From Gemmatimonadales bacterium (lineage in GTDB: Bacteria; Gemmatimonadota; Gemmatimonadetes; Gemmatimonadales; GWC2-71-9): a stretch of 64,000 nt of DNA. Below are positions 38,261 to 47,305 of this stretch, in pieces. The translations under genes and the position numbers were made by a program. The stretch is taken from assembly GCA_041615815.1 (NCBI GenBank), contig JBFJCP010000006.1, positions 32,001 to 96,000 of the forward strand, in the 5' to 3' direction. Positions within the stretch are counted from its first letter, which is position 1. Each line of letters starts with the position of its first letter. The notes beneath the pieces are model-generated. The model was given only the letters and a program-made list of their open reading frames with translations. It was not told where the DNA came from and searched no databases.

Positions 38261-38833
38261 TTAGGTCACGGCCGCTCCTACGTATCCCATCTCAACGGCA
38301 TAGGCATACAGCTTTTGCTGCAGGATCTGTCGCGCCCGGAAGATCCTCGATTTGACAGTCCCCAACGGCGAGCGTGTGATGCGGGCGATCTCGTTGTATG
38401 GCAGCCCCTCGACATCGCTCAAGACGAGCGCCTCCTTGAACTCGTCCGGCAGGGCGTCGATGGCGGCCAGTACCTCGTCATCAACGAAATCGTGAAAGAA
38501 CAGCGTCTCGGGATCGGGACTCTCCAACCCGTGTGCCGACTGCAGACGCTCGATCAGGTCTTCGCCGAGCCCGGAGACCTGTCGGGTTCCGCGGCGGCGC
38601 TCGTTGATGAACGTGTTGCGGAGAATAGTGGCCAGCCAGGCCTTGGCGTTCGAGCCGGGTTTGAACTGATGCCAAGCCCGAAACGCCTTGAGCATGGTGT
38701 CCTGTACCAGATCTTCTGCCTGCGCTTCGTCACCGGCGAGGCGGAGCGCGAACCGGTACAAGAAATCGATCAGTGGAATCGCGTCACGCTCGAACTGCTC
38801 GCGAAGGGTGACGGCGTTGGTTGTCGTGGTCAT
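38261..38833 (-). CDS. ECF sigma factor (SigH/SigR-like), no adjacent anti-sigma
   Basis: AEDLVQDT, KAWLATILRNTFIN, DVEGLPYNEIA, GTVKSRIFRAR; RBS GGAGG. Confidence 0.9.
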   Translation of the reverse strand: MTTTTNAVTLREQFERDAIPLIDFLYRFALRLAGDEAQAEDLVQDTMLKAFRAWHQFKPGSNAKAWLATILRNTFINERRRGTRQVSGLGEDLIERLQSAHGLESPDPETLFFHDFVDDEVLAAIDALPDEFKEALVLSDVEGLPYNEIARITRSPLGTVKSRIFRARQILQQKLYAYAVEMGYVGAAVT

Positions 38834-38898
38834 CGTTCCTCCCGGCGGCGCGCGTGCCAGGACCCGAAGTTTTCGCTCGCCATTGACCATCCTGAAGA

Positions 38899-38914
38899 AG
38901 CACGCCGCGTGCCG
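38899..38914 (-). promoter_or_regulatory. Sigma54 -24/-12 promoter upstream of ECF sigma gene
   Basis: Minus strand CGGCACGCGGCGTGCT, exact GG/GC spacing. Confidence 0.6.
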
Positions 38915-39013
38915 TTCTTGCATCACGGCAGCGAAGAACCACAAGCGATTGTAGCGCAGTCACTTATATTGTTCGGGATGGGTTGTCGGCGCGGACGCAG
39001 AGTCAGATTTTTT

Positions 39014-39043
39014 ACGACATATCGTTAGGATGCCCAAATATGG
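39014..39043. promoter_or_regulatory. Candidate bEBP enhancer: two palindromic boxes
   Basis: ACGA-cata-TCGT (39014-39025) and CCA-aata-TGG (39034-39043), 100-130 bp upstream of the sigma54 site. Confidence 0.5.
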
Positions 39044-41647
39044 TCAATCCGGACGTTGGATACCCAGCTTCTTCATTCTTGCTTGGAGAGTCGTGGGCTT
39101 GATCCCGAGGATTTGCGCGGCGCCTTTGGGCCCACTTACGCGCCAACCAGTTCGCTCGAGAGCTTCGAGAATGTGAGCGCGCATGGCGTCATCCAGTGTG
39201 GGGAGCCGGTCGTCTCGGTATGTTGCGCCGCCCGACTGTCGCAGCCAGGTCTCCAGATCCAGTTCGCGCCCGGTGCTCAGGATCACGGCCCGCTCCACGA
39301 CATTCTCGAGTTCCCGGATGTTGCCCGGCCACGCGTATTGGGCGAGCGCGTGGAGGGTGCGCTGCGGGACCGTATCGATTTCCTTCCCGAGCCTCTGCGC
39401 GTAGCGGCGTGCGAAGAAGCTCACGAGGAGCGGAATGTCTTCCCGTCGCTCGCGCAGGGGTGGGACGTGGATGGGAAAGACCCTGAGTCGGTAGTACAAG
39501 TCTGACCGGAAGCGACCGGCTTCGACGGCGTCCTCTAGATCGCGATTCGTCGCGGCGATGACTCTCACGTCCACACGAATGGTCCTCGTGCCCCCAACCC
39601 GCTCGAACTCCCCTTCCTGGAGCACCCGGAGCAGCTTCGCCTGGAGCTCAGGTGGAAGGTCCCCAATCTCGTCCAAGAATATCGTGGCTCTGTCCGCGAG
39701 CTCGAACCGCCCGCTTCGGCGGGCGACGGCTCCCGTGAACGCGCCCTTCTCGTGACCAAACAATTCACTCTCGATCAGTCCGGCTGCCAGGGCGGCACAG
39801 TTGACCTTTATGAGTACCCGATCTCCTCGAGCACTAGCACCGTGAATCGCGCGTGCCACCAGCTCCTTCCCGGTCCCTGTCTCGCCCGTGATCAGCACCG
39901 TCGAGTCTGTTGCCGCCACCTGTTCGATCAGGTGCACGACGCCGGTGATAGCCGATGAGGTTCCCACCAGCTCACCGAAGTTGTGCTCCGTTTCGATCTC
40001 TTCCTGGAGGTAGATGCGCTCCAGGCTGAGTTTCCGGAGTTCGGCTTCAGCTCGTTGTCGCTGATCGATGTCCCGAAGGATCATGGTGTAAAGGACCTCT
40101 CCATCGACAGTGGTGCAGGATACCGTGGCTTCGATGGGAAAGGATTCGCCGCTGCTCCGTCGAGCCTCCTGGCCGGGTGGAAGCCAGCGCGCCCCTGCTT
40201 CGCCCGAGGGCTGCTCTTCGCTAAGGAGCCGCCGCACCTCATCTGACAAAAAGCGGTCCACCGCCGTGCCGATCGCTTCACGAGCGGGGCACAGAAAGAC
40301 GCGCTCGGCGGCCTTGTTGAACAAGGTGATTCGTCGGCTCTGATCGAAGGTCATGATGGCGTCCATCGCCGAATCGAGGATCCGGCTGAGCCGTCCCTCG
40401 AGTCGCCGCCGCACCCGCTCCGCCTGCAGGCGCTCGGTGATGTCGCGAGCGAGGGCGAGGATCCGCTGCTTCCCTCGGACCACAAACAGGCCGGCCCGCA
40501 CTTCGACGGGAAACGTCGTCCCGTCCTTGCGGCGGTGATATCCACCCATGGTCACAGGGCCTGCCGCGGTCATCTGCTCGACATTGTGTCGGAGCTGCGC
40601 GGCAGAGAGCCCTTCGGATATTTCCCAAACGGCGAGTGCTAACAGTTCCTCGCGTGTGTACCCAGTGGTCTCGCAGGCTTGCTGGTTGACATCGACGATG
40701 GTGCCGTCGGGATCCAGGACATAAAAGGCGTCCGCAGCCCGGTCCACGAGCAAGCGAAATCGCTCCTCGCTTTCCCGGAGCGCTTCTTCGGCTTTTTTCC
40801 GGTCGCTGATGTCCCGTACCCACGCGACGATTCGTCGCTCACCGCCGATCTCCACGGCCGAGGCTGAGATCTCCGCGGAGATCCGCTCGCCCGCCTTGGT
40901 GACGCACGAAAGCTCATCGGTCCACCCCCCACCCTGTTCGAAGACCGCGTTCGTGAACCGTGTCAATCTGGGCATTTCATCTGGGTGGATCGCGGAGATC
41001 GGGAGAGTGAGGAGCTCACGGTGGCCGTAGCCCAACAGCGCGGCAGCGGGCTGATTGGCGTCCACGATGGTGTCGGCCGCCGGGTCCAGCACGAAACCGG
41101 CGTCGTTGGAGAGATTGAAGATCTTGCTGAACCGCTCCTCGCTTGCCCTGAGGGCGGTCTCCGCTCGGTTGCGGGCCGTGACATCCACCAGGAAGGCCAG
41201 GGACCGGTTGAACCGCCCCTGCTGATCGAACTCGGCGATGGCGGATACCAGCACATCGATGATCTCGCCCTGGCGAGTGACCAGCTGTGATTTGACGTCG
41301 CGGACGACACCGTGCTGCCGGAGTGCGGAAATCGAGATCTCGACGGCCCGGCGAGCGGCGTCGTCTGTCAGAAAATCCGTGAGCGGTCTTCCCAGTACGC
41401 CGTCACGCTCATACCCCATGACGGTGAGCCAGTAGTCGTTGACGTCCGTCAGCCGGCCCTGTTCGTCTATGGAATGCATCATGACCGGCGTGTTGTGATA
41501 GAGGGAGCGGTAACGGGTTTCGCTCTCCCGCAGTGCTTCCTCGATCCTCGCCCATTCGATCTCACGGTTGTGGACCGCTGCCAGGCGAGATCGAAGCTCG
41601 CGGACTTCTTGGAGGAGATCGGCCTGACTGCTCCGTCCGCTGCTCAC
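39044..41647 (-). CDS. Sigma54-dependent activator (FhlA-like AAA+/Fis HTH) with four PAS domains
   Basis: Four PAS/PAC repeats; GETGTGKE, ESELFGHEKGAFTGA, FLDEIG, FRSDLYYRL, WPGNIREL, RMKKLGI. Confidence 0.93.
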   Translation of the reverse strand: MSSGRSSQADLLQEVRELRSRLAAVHNREIEWARIEEALRESETRYRSLYHNTPVMMHSIDEQGRLTDVNDYWLTVMGYERDGVLGRPLTDFLTDDAARRAVEISISALRQHGVVRDVKSQLVTRQGEIIDVLVSAIAEFDQQGRFNRSLAFLVDVTARNRAETALRASEERFSKIFNLSNDAGFVLDPAADTIVDANQPAAALLGYGHRELLTLPISAIHPDEMPRLTRFTNAVFEQGGGWTDELSCVTKAGERISAEISASAVEIGGERRIVAWVRDISDRKKAEEALRESEERFRLLVDRAADAFYVLDPDGTIVDVNQQACETTGYTREELLALAVWEISEGLSAAQLRHNVEQMTAAGPVTMGGYHRRKDGTTFPVEVRAGLFVVRGKQRILALARDITERLQAERVRRRLEGRLSRILDSAMDAIMTFDQSRRITLFNKAAERVFLCPAREAIGTAVDRFLSDEVRRLLSEEQPSGEAGARWLPPGQEARRSSGESFPIEATVSCTTVDGEVLYTMILRDIDQRQRAEAELRKLSLERIYLQEEIETEHNFGELVGTSSAITGVVHLIEQVAATDSTVLITGETGTGKELVARAIHGASARGDRVLIKVNCAALAAGLIESELFGHEKGAFTGAVARRSGRFELADRATIFLDEIGDLPPELQAKLLRVLQEGEFERVGGTRTIRVDVRVIAATNRDLEDAVEAGRFRSDLYYRLRVFPIHVPPLRERREDIPLLVSFFARRYAQRLGKEIDTVPQRTLHALAQYAWPGNIRELENVVERAVILSTGRELDLETWLRQSGGATYRDDRLPTLDDAMRAHILEALERTGWRVSGPKGAAQILGIKPTTLQARMKKLGIQRPD

Positions 41648-41910
41648 GGGAACTCTCGCGTCAGAGAGAGCTTGGCCACCGCCGAAGGGCGTCCTCGTCT
41701 GTAGCGGATCACAGGCTCACGGGCGGGCGTCATTCGGAATCGTCCCCATCGGTGGCGCGGCTCACCTGCATGGTGTGGGGCGCCTGGGGCTCTCGACAAT
41801 ACCGCACCAAGTCACTCGATGCTGCCCTTGCCATCGTGCCTCCCCCGCCGGTGCGCTGGGGGAAAGGTGTCGGATCATGAACGGCGCCGCCAGCGATCGG
41901 TACTGTCCTG

Positions 41911-42906
41911 CTATTGTCCCGGCCCCACAGTCACGACTGCTGCGCCCCGGACCCTCCCAGCTCGCAGGTCTTCGAGCGCCTCGTTGGCATCGGACAGCCC
42001 GTACGTCTGAACTTCGGTACGGATCCCGACCCGCGGGGCCACTCGGAGAAACTCCTCCCCGTCCTTGCGGGTGAGGTTGGCGACAGACCGGATCACTCGC
42101 TCCCCCCACAGGATACGGTACGGGAACCGGGGAATGTCACTCATATGGATCCCGGCGCACACGACGGTGCCGCCGCGGACCACGTGACCGAGGGCCGTGG
42201 GAACGAGGGAGCCAACGGGAGCGAAGATGATGCCGGCATCCAATGCCTCGGGAGGGTCTCGATCCGATCCACCTGCCCACTCGGCTCCGAGCGCGCGCGC
42301 AAAGTCCTGACCAGCCCGGTCTCCAGGCCGGGTAAACGCGAAAACACGCCGTGCCTGGTGGTGCGCTACCTGTGCCACGATGTGGGCGGCAGCTCCGAAG
42401 CCATAGATGCCCAGCCGATTGGCATTCCCCGCCGCAGTGAGGGAGCGATACCCAATCAAACCCGCACAGAGAAGCGGCGCGGCCTGGATGTCTGAATATT
42501 CAGGAGGGATCGGGAAGCAGAACCGCGCGTCCGCGACCGTGTACTCGGCGTATCCCCCATTGATGTGGTAGCCCGTGAAGCGGGCCTGTGCGCAGAGGTT
42601 CTCACGACCCGCGCGGCAGTATTCGCATGTGCCGCATGTCCACCCCAGCCAGGGAACCCCAACACGGTCCCCGGGGGCAAGGGTGTCGACCCCGAGTCCG
42701 GCGGCGACCACGACGCCCACGATCTCATGGCCGAGCACAAGTGGGAGCTTCGGATCCTCGAGGTCGCCGTCGGCTACATGGAGATCGGTGCGGCACACGC
42801 CACAGGCGGTGATCCGGAGGAGGACCTCTCCTGGCCGCGGCTCAGGCGTGGGGAGCTCGCCGGATCGGAGGGGTTGCTTGGCCCGATCCAGGATCATGGC
42901 TTGCAT
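41911..42906 (-). CDS. Zinc-dependent alcohol dehydrogenase family protein
   Basis: CGVCRTDLH, GHE, CGTCEYC..C, LLCAG, GFGAA. Confidence 0.92.
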   Translation of the reverse strand: MQAMILDRAKQPLRSGELPTPEPRPGEVLLRITACGVCRTDLHVADGDLEDPKLPLVLGHEIVGVVVAAGLGVDTLAPGDRVGVPWLGWTCGTCEYCRAGRENLCAQARFTGYHINGGYAEYTVADARFCFPIPPEYSDIQAAPLLCAGLIGYRSLTAAGNANRLGIYGFGAAAHIVAQVAHHQARRVFAFTRPGDRAGQDFARALGAEWAGGSDRDPPEALDAGIIFAPVGSLVPTALGHVVRGGTVVCAGIHMSDIPRFPYRILWGERVIRSVANLTRKDGEEFLRVAPRVGIRTEVQTYGLSDANEALEDLRAGRVRGAAVVTVGPGQ

Positions 42907-42989
42907 TGCTTTTTCCCCCTTGCCGGGTTGACCTCGCGCAGTGTCCCGGGCGCTGGTAGCGCGTCTACCGAGAGGTTAGTGTACGTCCG

Positions 42990-43694
42990 ATGCGCGCGTT
43001 CGTTGGTACCAGCGGTTATTCGTACAAGGAGTGGAAAGGGAGTTTCTATCCCGAGAAACTCGCGGCGTCGGAGATGTTGAAATTCTACGCCGAGCGGCTG
43101 AATACCGTCGAGATCAACAACACGTTCTATCGGATGCCCACCGAAAAAGTCCTTCGCCAGTGGGGTGAGCAGGTTCCTGACGGATTCACCTTTGTGCTCA
43201 AGGCGTCGCGTCGCATTACCCATCTGAAGCGCCTCCAAGATGTCTCCGACGAAACGACATACCTGCTCCACACGGCTTCGGTGCTCGGAACGAAACTCGG
43301 TGCGATCCTGTTCCAATTGCCGCCCAGCATGAAGAAGGACCTGGCGCGGCTGCGGGTGTTTCTCGATCTGATACCGGAGGGATGGCAGACCGCGATAGAG
43401 TTTCGGCATGCGTCGTGGTTCGAAGAAGACGTCTATGATGTTCTCCGAATGCGAAATGCGGCATTAGTGATTGCCGAAACTGAAGAGACGGCTGTCCCAT
43501 TCGTGTCCACGGCGGATTGGGGGTATCTCCGACTCCGCCGTGAGGACTACGACGGATCCGATCTCCAGCACTGGGCGGAGCGGGTCCGAGGCGAAGGATG
43601 GGACGCCGCGTATGTGTTCTTCAAGCATGAGGACGAAGCTCACGCGCCTCGTTTCGCGACCGAGTTCCGCGAGTTGCTGGCCGCCGGTGCCTAG
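42990..43694 (+). CDS. DUF72 domain protein
   Basis: GTSGYSY..WKGSFYP, VEINNTFY, LFQLPP, EFRH.SW, YLRLR, FFKHE. Confidence 0.9.
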   Translation: MRAFVGTSGYSYKEWKGSFYPEKLAASEMLKFYAERLNTVEINNTFYRMPTEKVLRQWGEQVPDGFTFVLKASRRITHLKRLQDVSDETTYLLHTASVLGTKLGAILFQLPPSMKKDLARLRVFLDLIPEGWQTAIEFRHASWFEEDVYDVLRMRNAALVIAETEETAVPFVSTADWGYLRLRREDYDGSDLQHWAERVRGEGWDAAYVFFKHEDEAHAPRFATEFRELLAAGA

Positions 43695-44095
43695 CGGTCC
43701 CGTTTGAAACGATCCAGCATGCGGCGCTCCCGTTTGGTCGGCCGTCCTTTCCCTTTGAATTCGAACGCTGGCTGCCCACGAAGCTCCCTGGCTCGATGCT
43801 CACGAGCCCGAAGGCTGGCCTCGGTTTCCGCGTAGAGTTGGGCGGCGTCGGTGGCGGAGCCACGATGTTCGGACAGCTGCTGAACGATGACCACCTGCTC
43901 GAACGCCCCCTTGCGAATTCGCACCTGGTCACCCACGTGAACGGCCTTGGACCGCTTCACTCGTTCCCCCTCCAAGTGAACCTTGCCGCCCTGGATGGCG
44001 GCAGCCGCGAGGGACCGGGTCTTGAAAAAGCGGGCGGCCCAGAGCCAGCGATCCAATCGGACGTGTTCGGGCTCGCGGGGCGTTTTCGGCGGCAC
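43691..44095 (-). CDS. hslR: Ribosome-associated heat shock protein Hsp15 (S4 domain)
   Basis: RLDRWLWAARFFKTRSLA, GGKV, GRPTKRERR; GTG start with AGGAG. Confidence 0.9.
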   Translation of the reverse strand: MPPKTPREPEHVRLDRWLWAARFFKTRSLAAAAIQGGKVHLEGERVKRSKAVHVGDQVRIRKGAFEQVVIVQQLSEHRGSATDAAQLYAETEASLRAREHRARELRGQPAFEFKGKGRPTKRERRMLDRFKRDR

Positions 44096-44114
44096 GGTGG
44101 CGCTCCTGATTCGA

Positions 44115-44849
44115 CTAGCGGACGGCGCGGGCGAGGGTGTCGTGATGGGAGTCGATGAGCGTGCGGAGATACGTGCCGATTCGGTCCGCTCCCTCGAAGC
44201 CAGCCATCCGGGCTGCCTCTTCTTCACGCTCGGGCGGAATCGCGCCGCTCGCCGCGAAATGTTGGATGTCTTCGTACACGCCAACGGTGAACATATCCCA
44301 GGCCGCCCCCGCCTCCCGCTCGAATATCAAGTTCTGGGGTCGGTCTAGCGCCGCGAGGTAGGTGTTTTCCATCTGCCGCTCGCGGCGGAGCTCTTCATAC
44401 TTGCCAGGCAGCGCGATGAACATCTCCACGTGATAGAAATCTCCCGATCGCAGGACCCGGTCGACCTCGACCACAGCGGGTCCCGTGACATACAGCTCTT
44501 CCTTCCATGCCACGACCGGGCGAAGGCGAGCGACGAATTCTGCTGACGAGCCCAATCGCTCGCCAGCGGCGCGTCTCCGCGACACCCGTGCCGGAGAGTA
44601 ATAGTCGGCAAACCCGGCACCCATTGGAAAGATGAGCATGAGATCCCATTGGTCGCCCTGGCGGTGACGCATCATGAACGGCGGGTGGTCCCCGGCAGCC
44701 TCATAGAACGATGAGCGTGCACGAAACGCGTCGATGAGTTCGATCAGGGCTCCGGGCGCCGCACGAACCAGCATGGTCCGGTACAGACCTGTGGTATCTT
44801 GTGGCGCTAGACTACCGAAGAGAAGGACCGAGAGCATCAAGGCTGTCAT
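44115..44849 (-). CDS. Exported hypothetical protein (two NIPSNAP/dimeric alpha-beta-barrel-like repeats)
   Basis: Signal peptide; repeated A.PG / G..WD modules; ends HHDTL. Confidence 0.6.
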   Translation of the reverse strand: MTALMLSVLLFGSLAPQDTTGLYRTMLVRAAPGALIELIDAFRARSSFYEAAGDHPPFMMRHRQGDQWDLMLIFPMGAGFADYYSPARVSRRRAAGERLGSSAEFVARLRPVVAWKEELYVTGPAVVEVDRVLRSGDFYHVEMFIALPGKYEELRRERQMENTYLAALDRPQNLIFEREAGAAWDMFTVGVYEDIQHFAASGAIPPEREEEAARMAGFEGADRIGTYLRTLIDSHHDTLARAVR

Positions 44850-44944
44850 GGCGACTCCGGGCAAATGGGTGACATCGGGCTCGAAACGTTGATACAGCTT
44901 GGTGCCGCCCGCAACCCATCGCTCAGCGGATATCTTTTGACCTC

Positions 44945-45814
44945 ATGGACGTCACACTCGTGACCTGTGCCGCGCTGCCAGGGCTCCACTCCGACGACCG
45001 CCACCTGCTTCGAGCCCTGAGGCAGGCAGGCCTACAAGCAGAACCGGTGGTGTGGGAAGATCCGTACGTCGACTGGGGGCAATCCCGGCTATCGTTGATT
45101 CGCTCATGCTGGGACTACTCCTTTCGTCGTACGGCCTTCGTTTCGTGGGCGGAGAGGGTGGACGCGGCGTCGACCCTCTGGAACTCGGCGAAGGTGGTTT
45201 CGTGGAACACCCACAAACGATATCTCTGCGATCTCGGTGACCGCGGCGTTCCGGTGGTGCCGACCCGCGTGCTCGAGGCCGGGCAGGCCGTCGACCTGAG
45301 GGTGTTGATGGGGGACAGCAACTGGAGTGACGTGGTCATCAAGGCTGCTGTCGCGCAGTCAGGTCGCTACGCCCGTCGCGTGAGAGCCGACGGGGTCGAG
45401 TCCGGCCAGGCGCATCTCGATCATCTTCTGCCGCACGAAGACATGCTGGTGCAGCCCTTTCTCGGCGCTGTGGAGGAACTTGGGGAGCTCTCGATCGTGT
45501 TCATAGACGGCGAGTTGACGCATGCCGTGCGCAAGCACCCGGCGGAAGGCGATTTTCGGGTGCACGATGACTACGGGGGCTCCGTGGTTCCGGTCTCGCC
45601 GAGCGACGCCGAGGCGGCGGCGGCGGTGGCGGCGGTGCGGGCCGTGGGCGAACGCCTGGTGTATGCGCGGGTCGATCTGGTACACGACGAGCAGCAGCCC
45701 GTTGTGATGGAGCTGGAGGTGGTGGAGCCCGAGCTCTTCTTTCGTCACGCTCCGGAGGCCGTGGACCGGTTGGTGACGGCCATCGAGGCTCAGGTGGGTG
45801 GGGTCATCACATGA
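44945..45814 (+). CDS. ATP-grasp ligase (RimK/GshB/DcsG-like)
   Basis: IRSCWDY, WNTHKRYL, VQPFL, GELS, GDFRV, YARVD, MELEVVEP. Confidence 0.8.
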   Translation: MDVTLVTCAALPGLHSDDRHLLRALRQAGLQAEPVVWEDPYVDWGQSRLSLIRSCWDYSFRRTAFVSWAERVDAASTLWNSAKVVSWNTHKRYLCDLGDRGVPVVPTRVLEAGQAVDLRVLMGDSNWSDVVIKAAVAQSGRYARRVRADGVESGQAHLDHLLPHEDMLVQPFLGAVEELGELSIVFIDGELTHAVRKHPAEGDFRVHDDYGGSVVPVSPSDAEAAAAVAAVRAVGERLVYARVDLVHDEQQPVVMELEVVEPELFFRHAPEAVDRLVTAIEAQVGGVIT

Positions 45815-46521
45815 GCGCGCATCCCTGGACGCCGCACGCGCTCGCCATGAAAGCGTACCATCGGGGAGACCGGGAAGCGACGATTGTCGTCCACGACGAC
45901 TTCGCTGGCCGGGAGGAGCATCCGGTCGCGTACTTCTTCCGCGAGCCCGCCGCCTTTGCGGAATGGGAACGGATCGCGCTGGATGCCTGTCGAGGGTGGG
46001 TACTGGACGTTGGTGCCGGTTCGGGTTGTCACACCCTCGCACTCCTGGAACGTGGACTGCGGGTGACTGCACTCGAGATCGTACCGGAGTTGGTCGCGAT
46101 CATGCGGGAGCGAGGCGTCCCGGACGTTCGGGTAGGGAGTGTGTTCGATTTCGTTGACGGTCCCTTCGATACGGTACTCCTGATGATGAATGGGTTCGGC
46201 CTCGCCGAATCATTGTCGGGATTGACCCACCTTCTCGAGCGGTTCCACGCGCTCGTCGCACCCAACGGTCAGGTCGTCGCGGATTCGTGTGACTTGCGGG
46301 ATCGCGTTCCTACGGGGCTCTCGACTCGTGCCGACGGCCGTTACATAGGAGAGATCGATTTTCAATTGGAGTTTCGTGGAACGAAGGGGGGTGTGTTCCA
46401 ACAGCTCTACGTGGACCCGGACACTCTCAGCGCGCATGCTTCGGCAACAGGATGGAGCAGCGAAATCCTTTGTTATAGCGAGGGTGGTGGGTATCTGGCA
46501 CGGCTGCGATCCGCTTCCTGA
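45811..46521 (+). CDS. Class I SAM-dependent methyltransferase
   Basis: VLDVGAGSGCH, FDTVLLMMNG; ATGA overlap with the ATP-grasp gene. Confidence 0.88.
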   Translation: MSAHPWTPHALAMKAYHRGDREATIVVHDDFAGREEHPVAYFFREPAAFAEWERIALDACRGWVLDVGAGSGCHTLALLERGLRVTALEIVPELVAIMRERGVPDVRVGSVFDFVDGPFDTVLLMMNGFGLAESLSGLTHLLERFHALVAPNGQVVADSCDLRDRVPTGLSTRADGRYIGEIDFQLEFRGTKGGVFQQLYVDPDTLSAHASATGWSSEILCYSEGGGYLARLRSAS

Positions 46522-46621
46522 GCGTGGGTCGCGTGACCGCTGTCGGAGTTCTGTTCACCTTGCCCCTTCTGCGATTGGCCGTGTATGATCCGGCCGTTCC
46601 CGCATCCCTGGTAGAGGCGAA

Positions 46622-47302
46622 ATGCGCCGCGCGCTGACCCTGTATCGCTCATCGGTTGGGAAGAAGGTGGCGATGGCGGTAACCGGCATCGTGCTGTTCC
46701 TCTTCGTGGTGGGCCACATGCTGGGCAACCTCAAGATTTTCCAAGGTCCCGAGAAATTCAACGCTTATGCCGAATTCCTTCGGGAAATCGGTGACCCCAT
46801 TCTTGGTCACGGCCAGTTTCTCTGGATTGCGCGCCTTGGTTTGTTGCTTGCTGTTGGAATACATATCGTTGCTGCGGTGCAACTCACGCGAATGAGCCGC
46901 GCCGCGCGACCTGTGAAGTACAAACGCGCGCTCGAGCCGGACGCGTCGACGTACGCGTCTCGTACAATGCGGTGGGGCGGTGCGATCATCGCCGCCTTCG
47001 TCATTTACCACCTGTTGCACTTCACATTTGGGACCGTGCATCCCGACTTCGTGGCGGGTTCGGTATATCACAACGTCATCGTGGGGTTCCAAGATTGGAT
47101 CGTCGCAGGCTCCTACATGGTGGCCGTCGGTGTACTCGGGATGCATCTGTATCATGGGGTGTGGAGTGTGTTCCAAACGCTTGGTGCCAATAATCCTCGG
47201 TACAATCGACTTCGTCGACCGGCGGCCACGGCAGCTGCGCTTATCATTTTTTTCGGGTTTGTCGCGGTTCCGCTGTCTGTGCTCGCGGGTCTCGTGCAAT
47301 AG
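46622..47302 (+). CDS. sdhC: Succinate dehydrogenase cytochrome b subunit
   Basis: SSVGKKVAMAVTG, HMLGNL, heme His residues, HLYHG..S.FQTLG. Confidence 0.92.
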   Translation: MRRALTLYRSSVGKKVAMAVTGIVLFLFVVGHMLGNLKIFQGPEKFNAYAEFLREIGDPILGHGQFLWIARLGLLLAVGIHIVAAVQLTRMSRAARPVKYKRALEPDASTYASRTMRWGGAIIAAFVIYHLLHFTFGTVHPDFVAGSVYHNVIVGFQDWIVAGSYMVAVGVLGMHLYHGVWSVFQTLGANNPRYNRLRRPAATAAALIIFFGFVAVPLSVLAGLVQ

Positions 47303-47305
47303 TCC

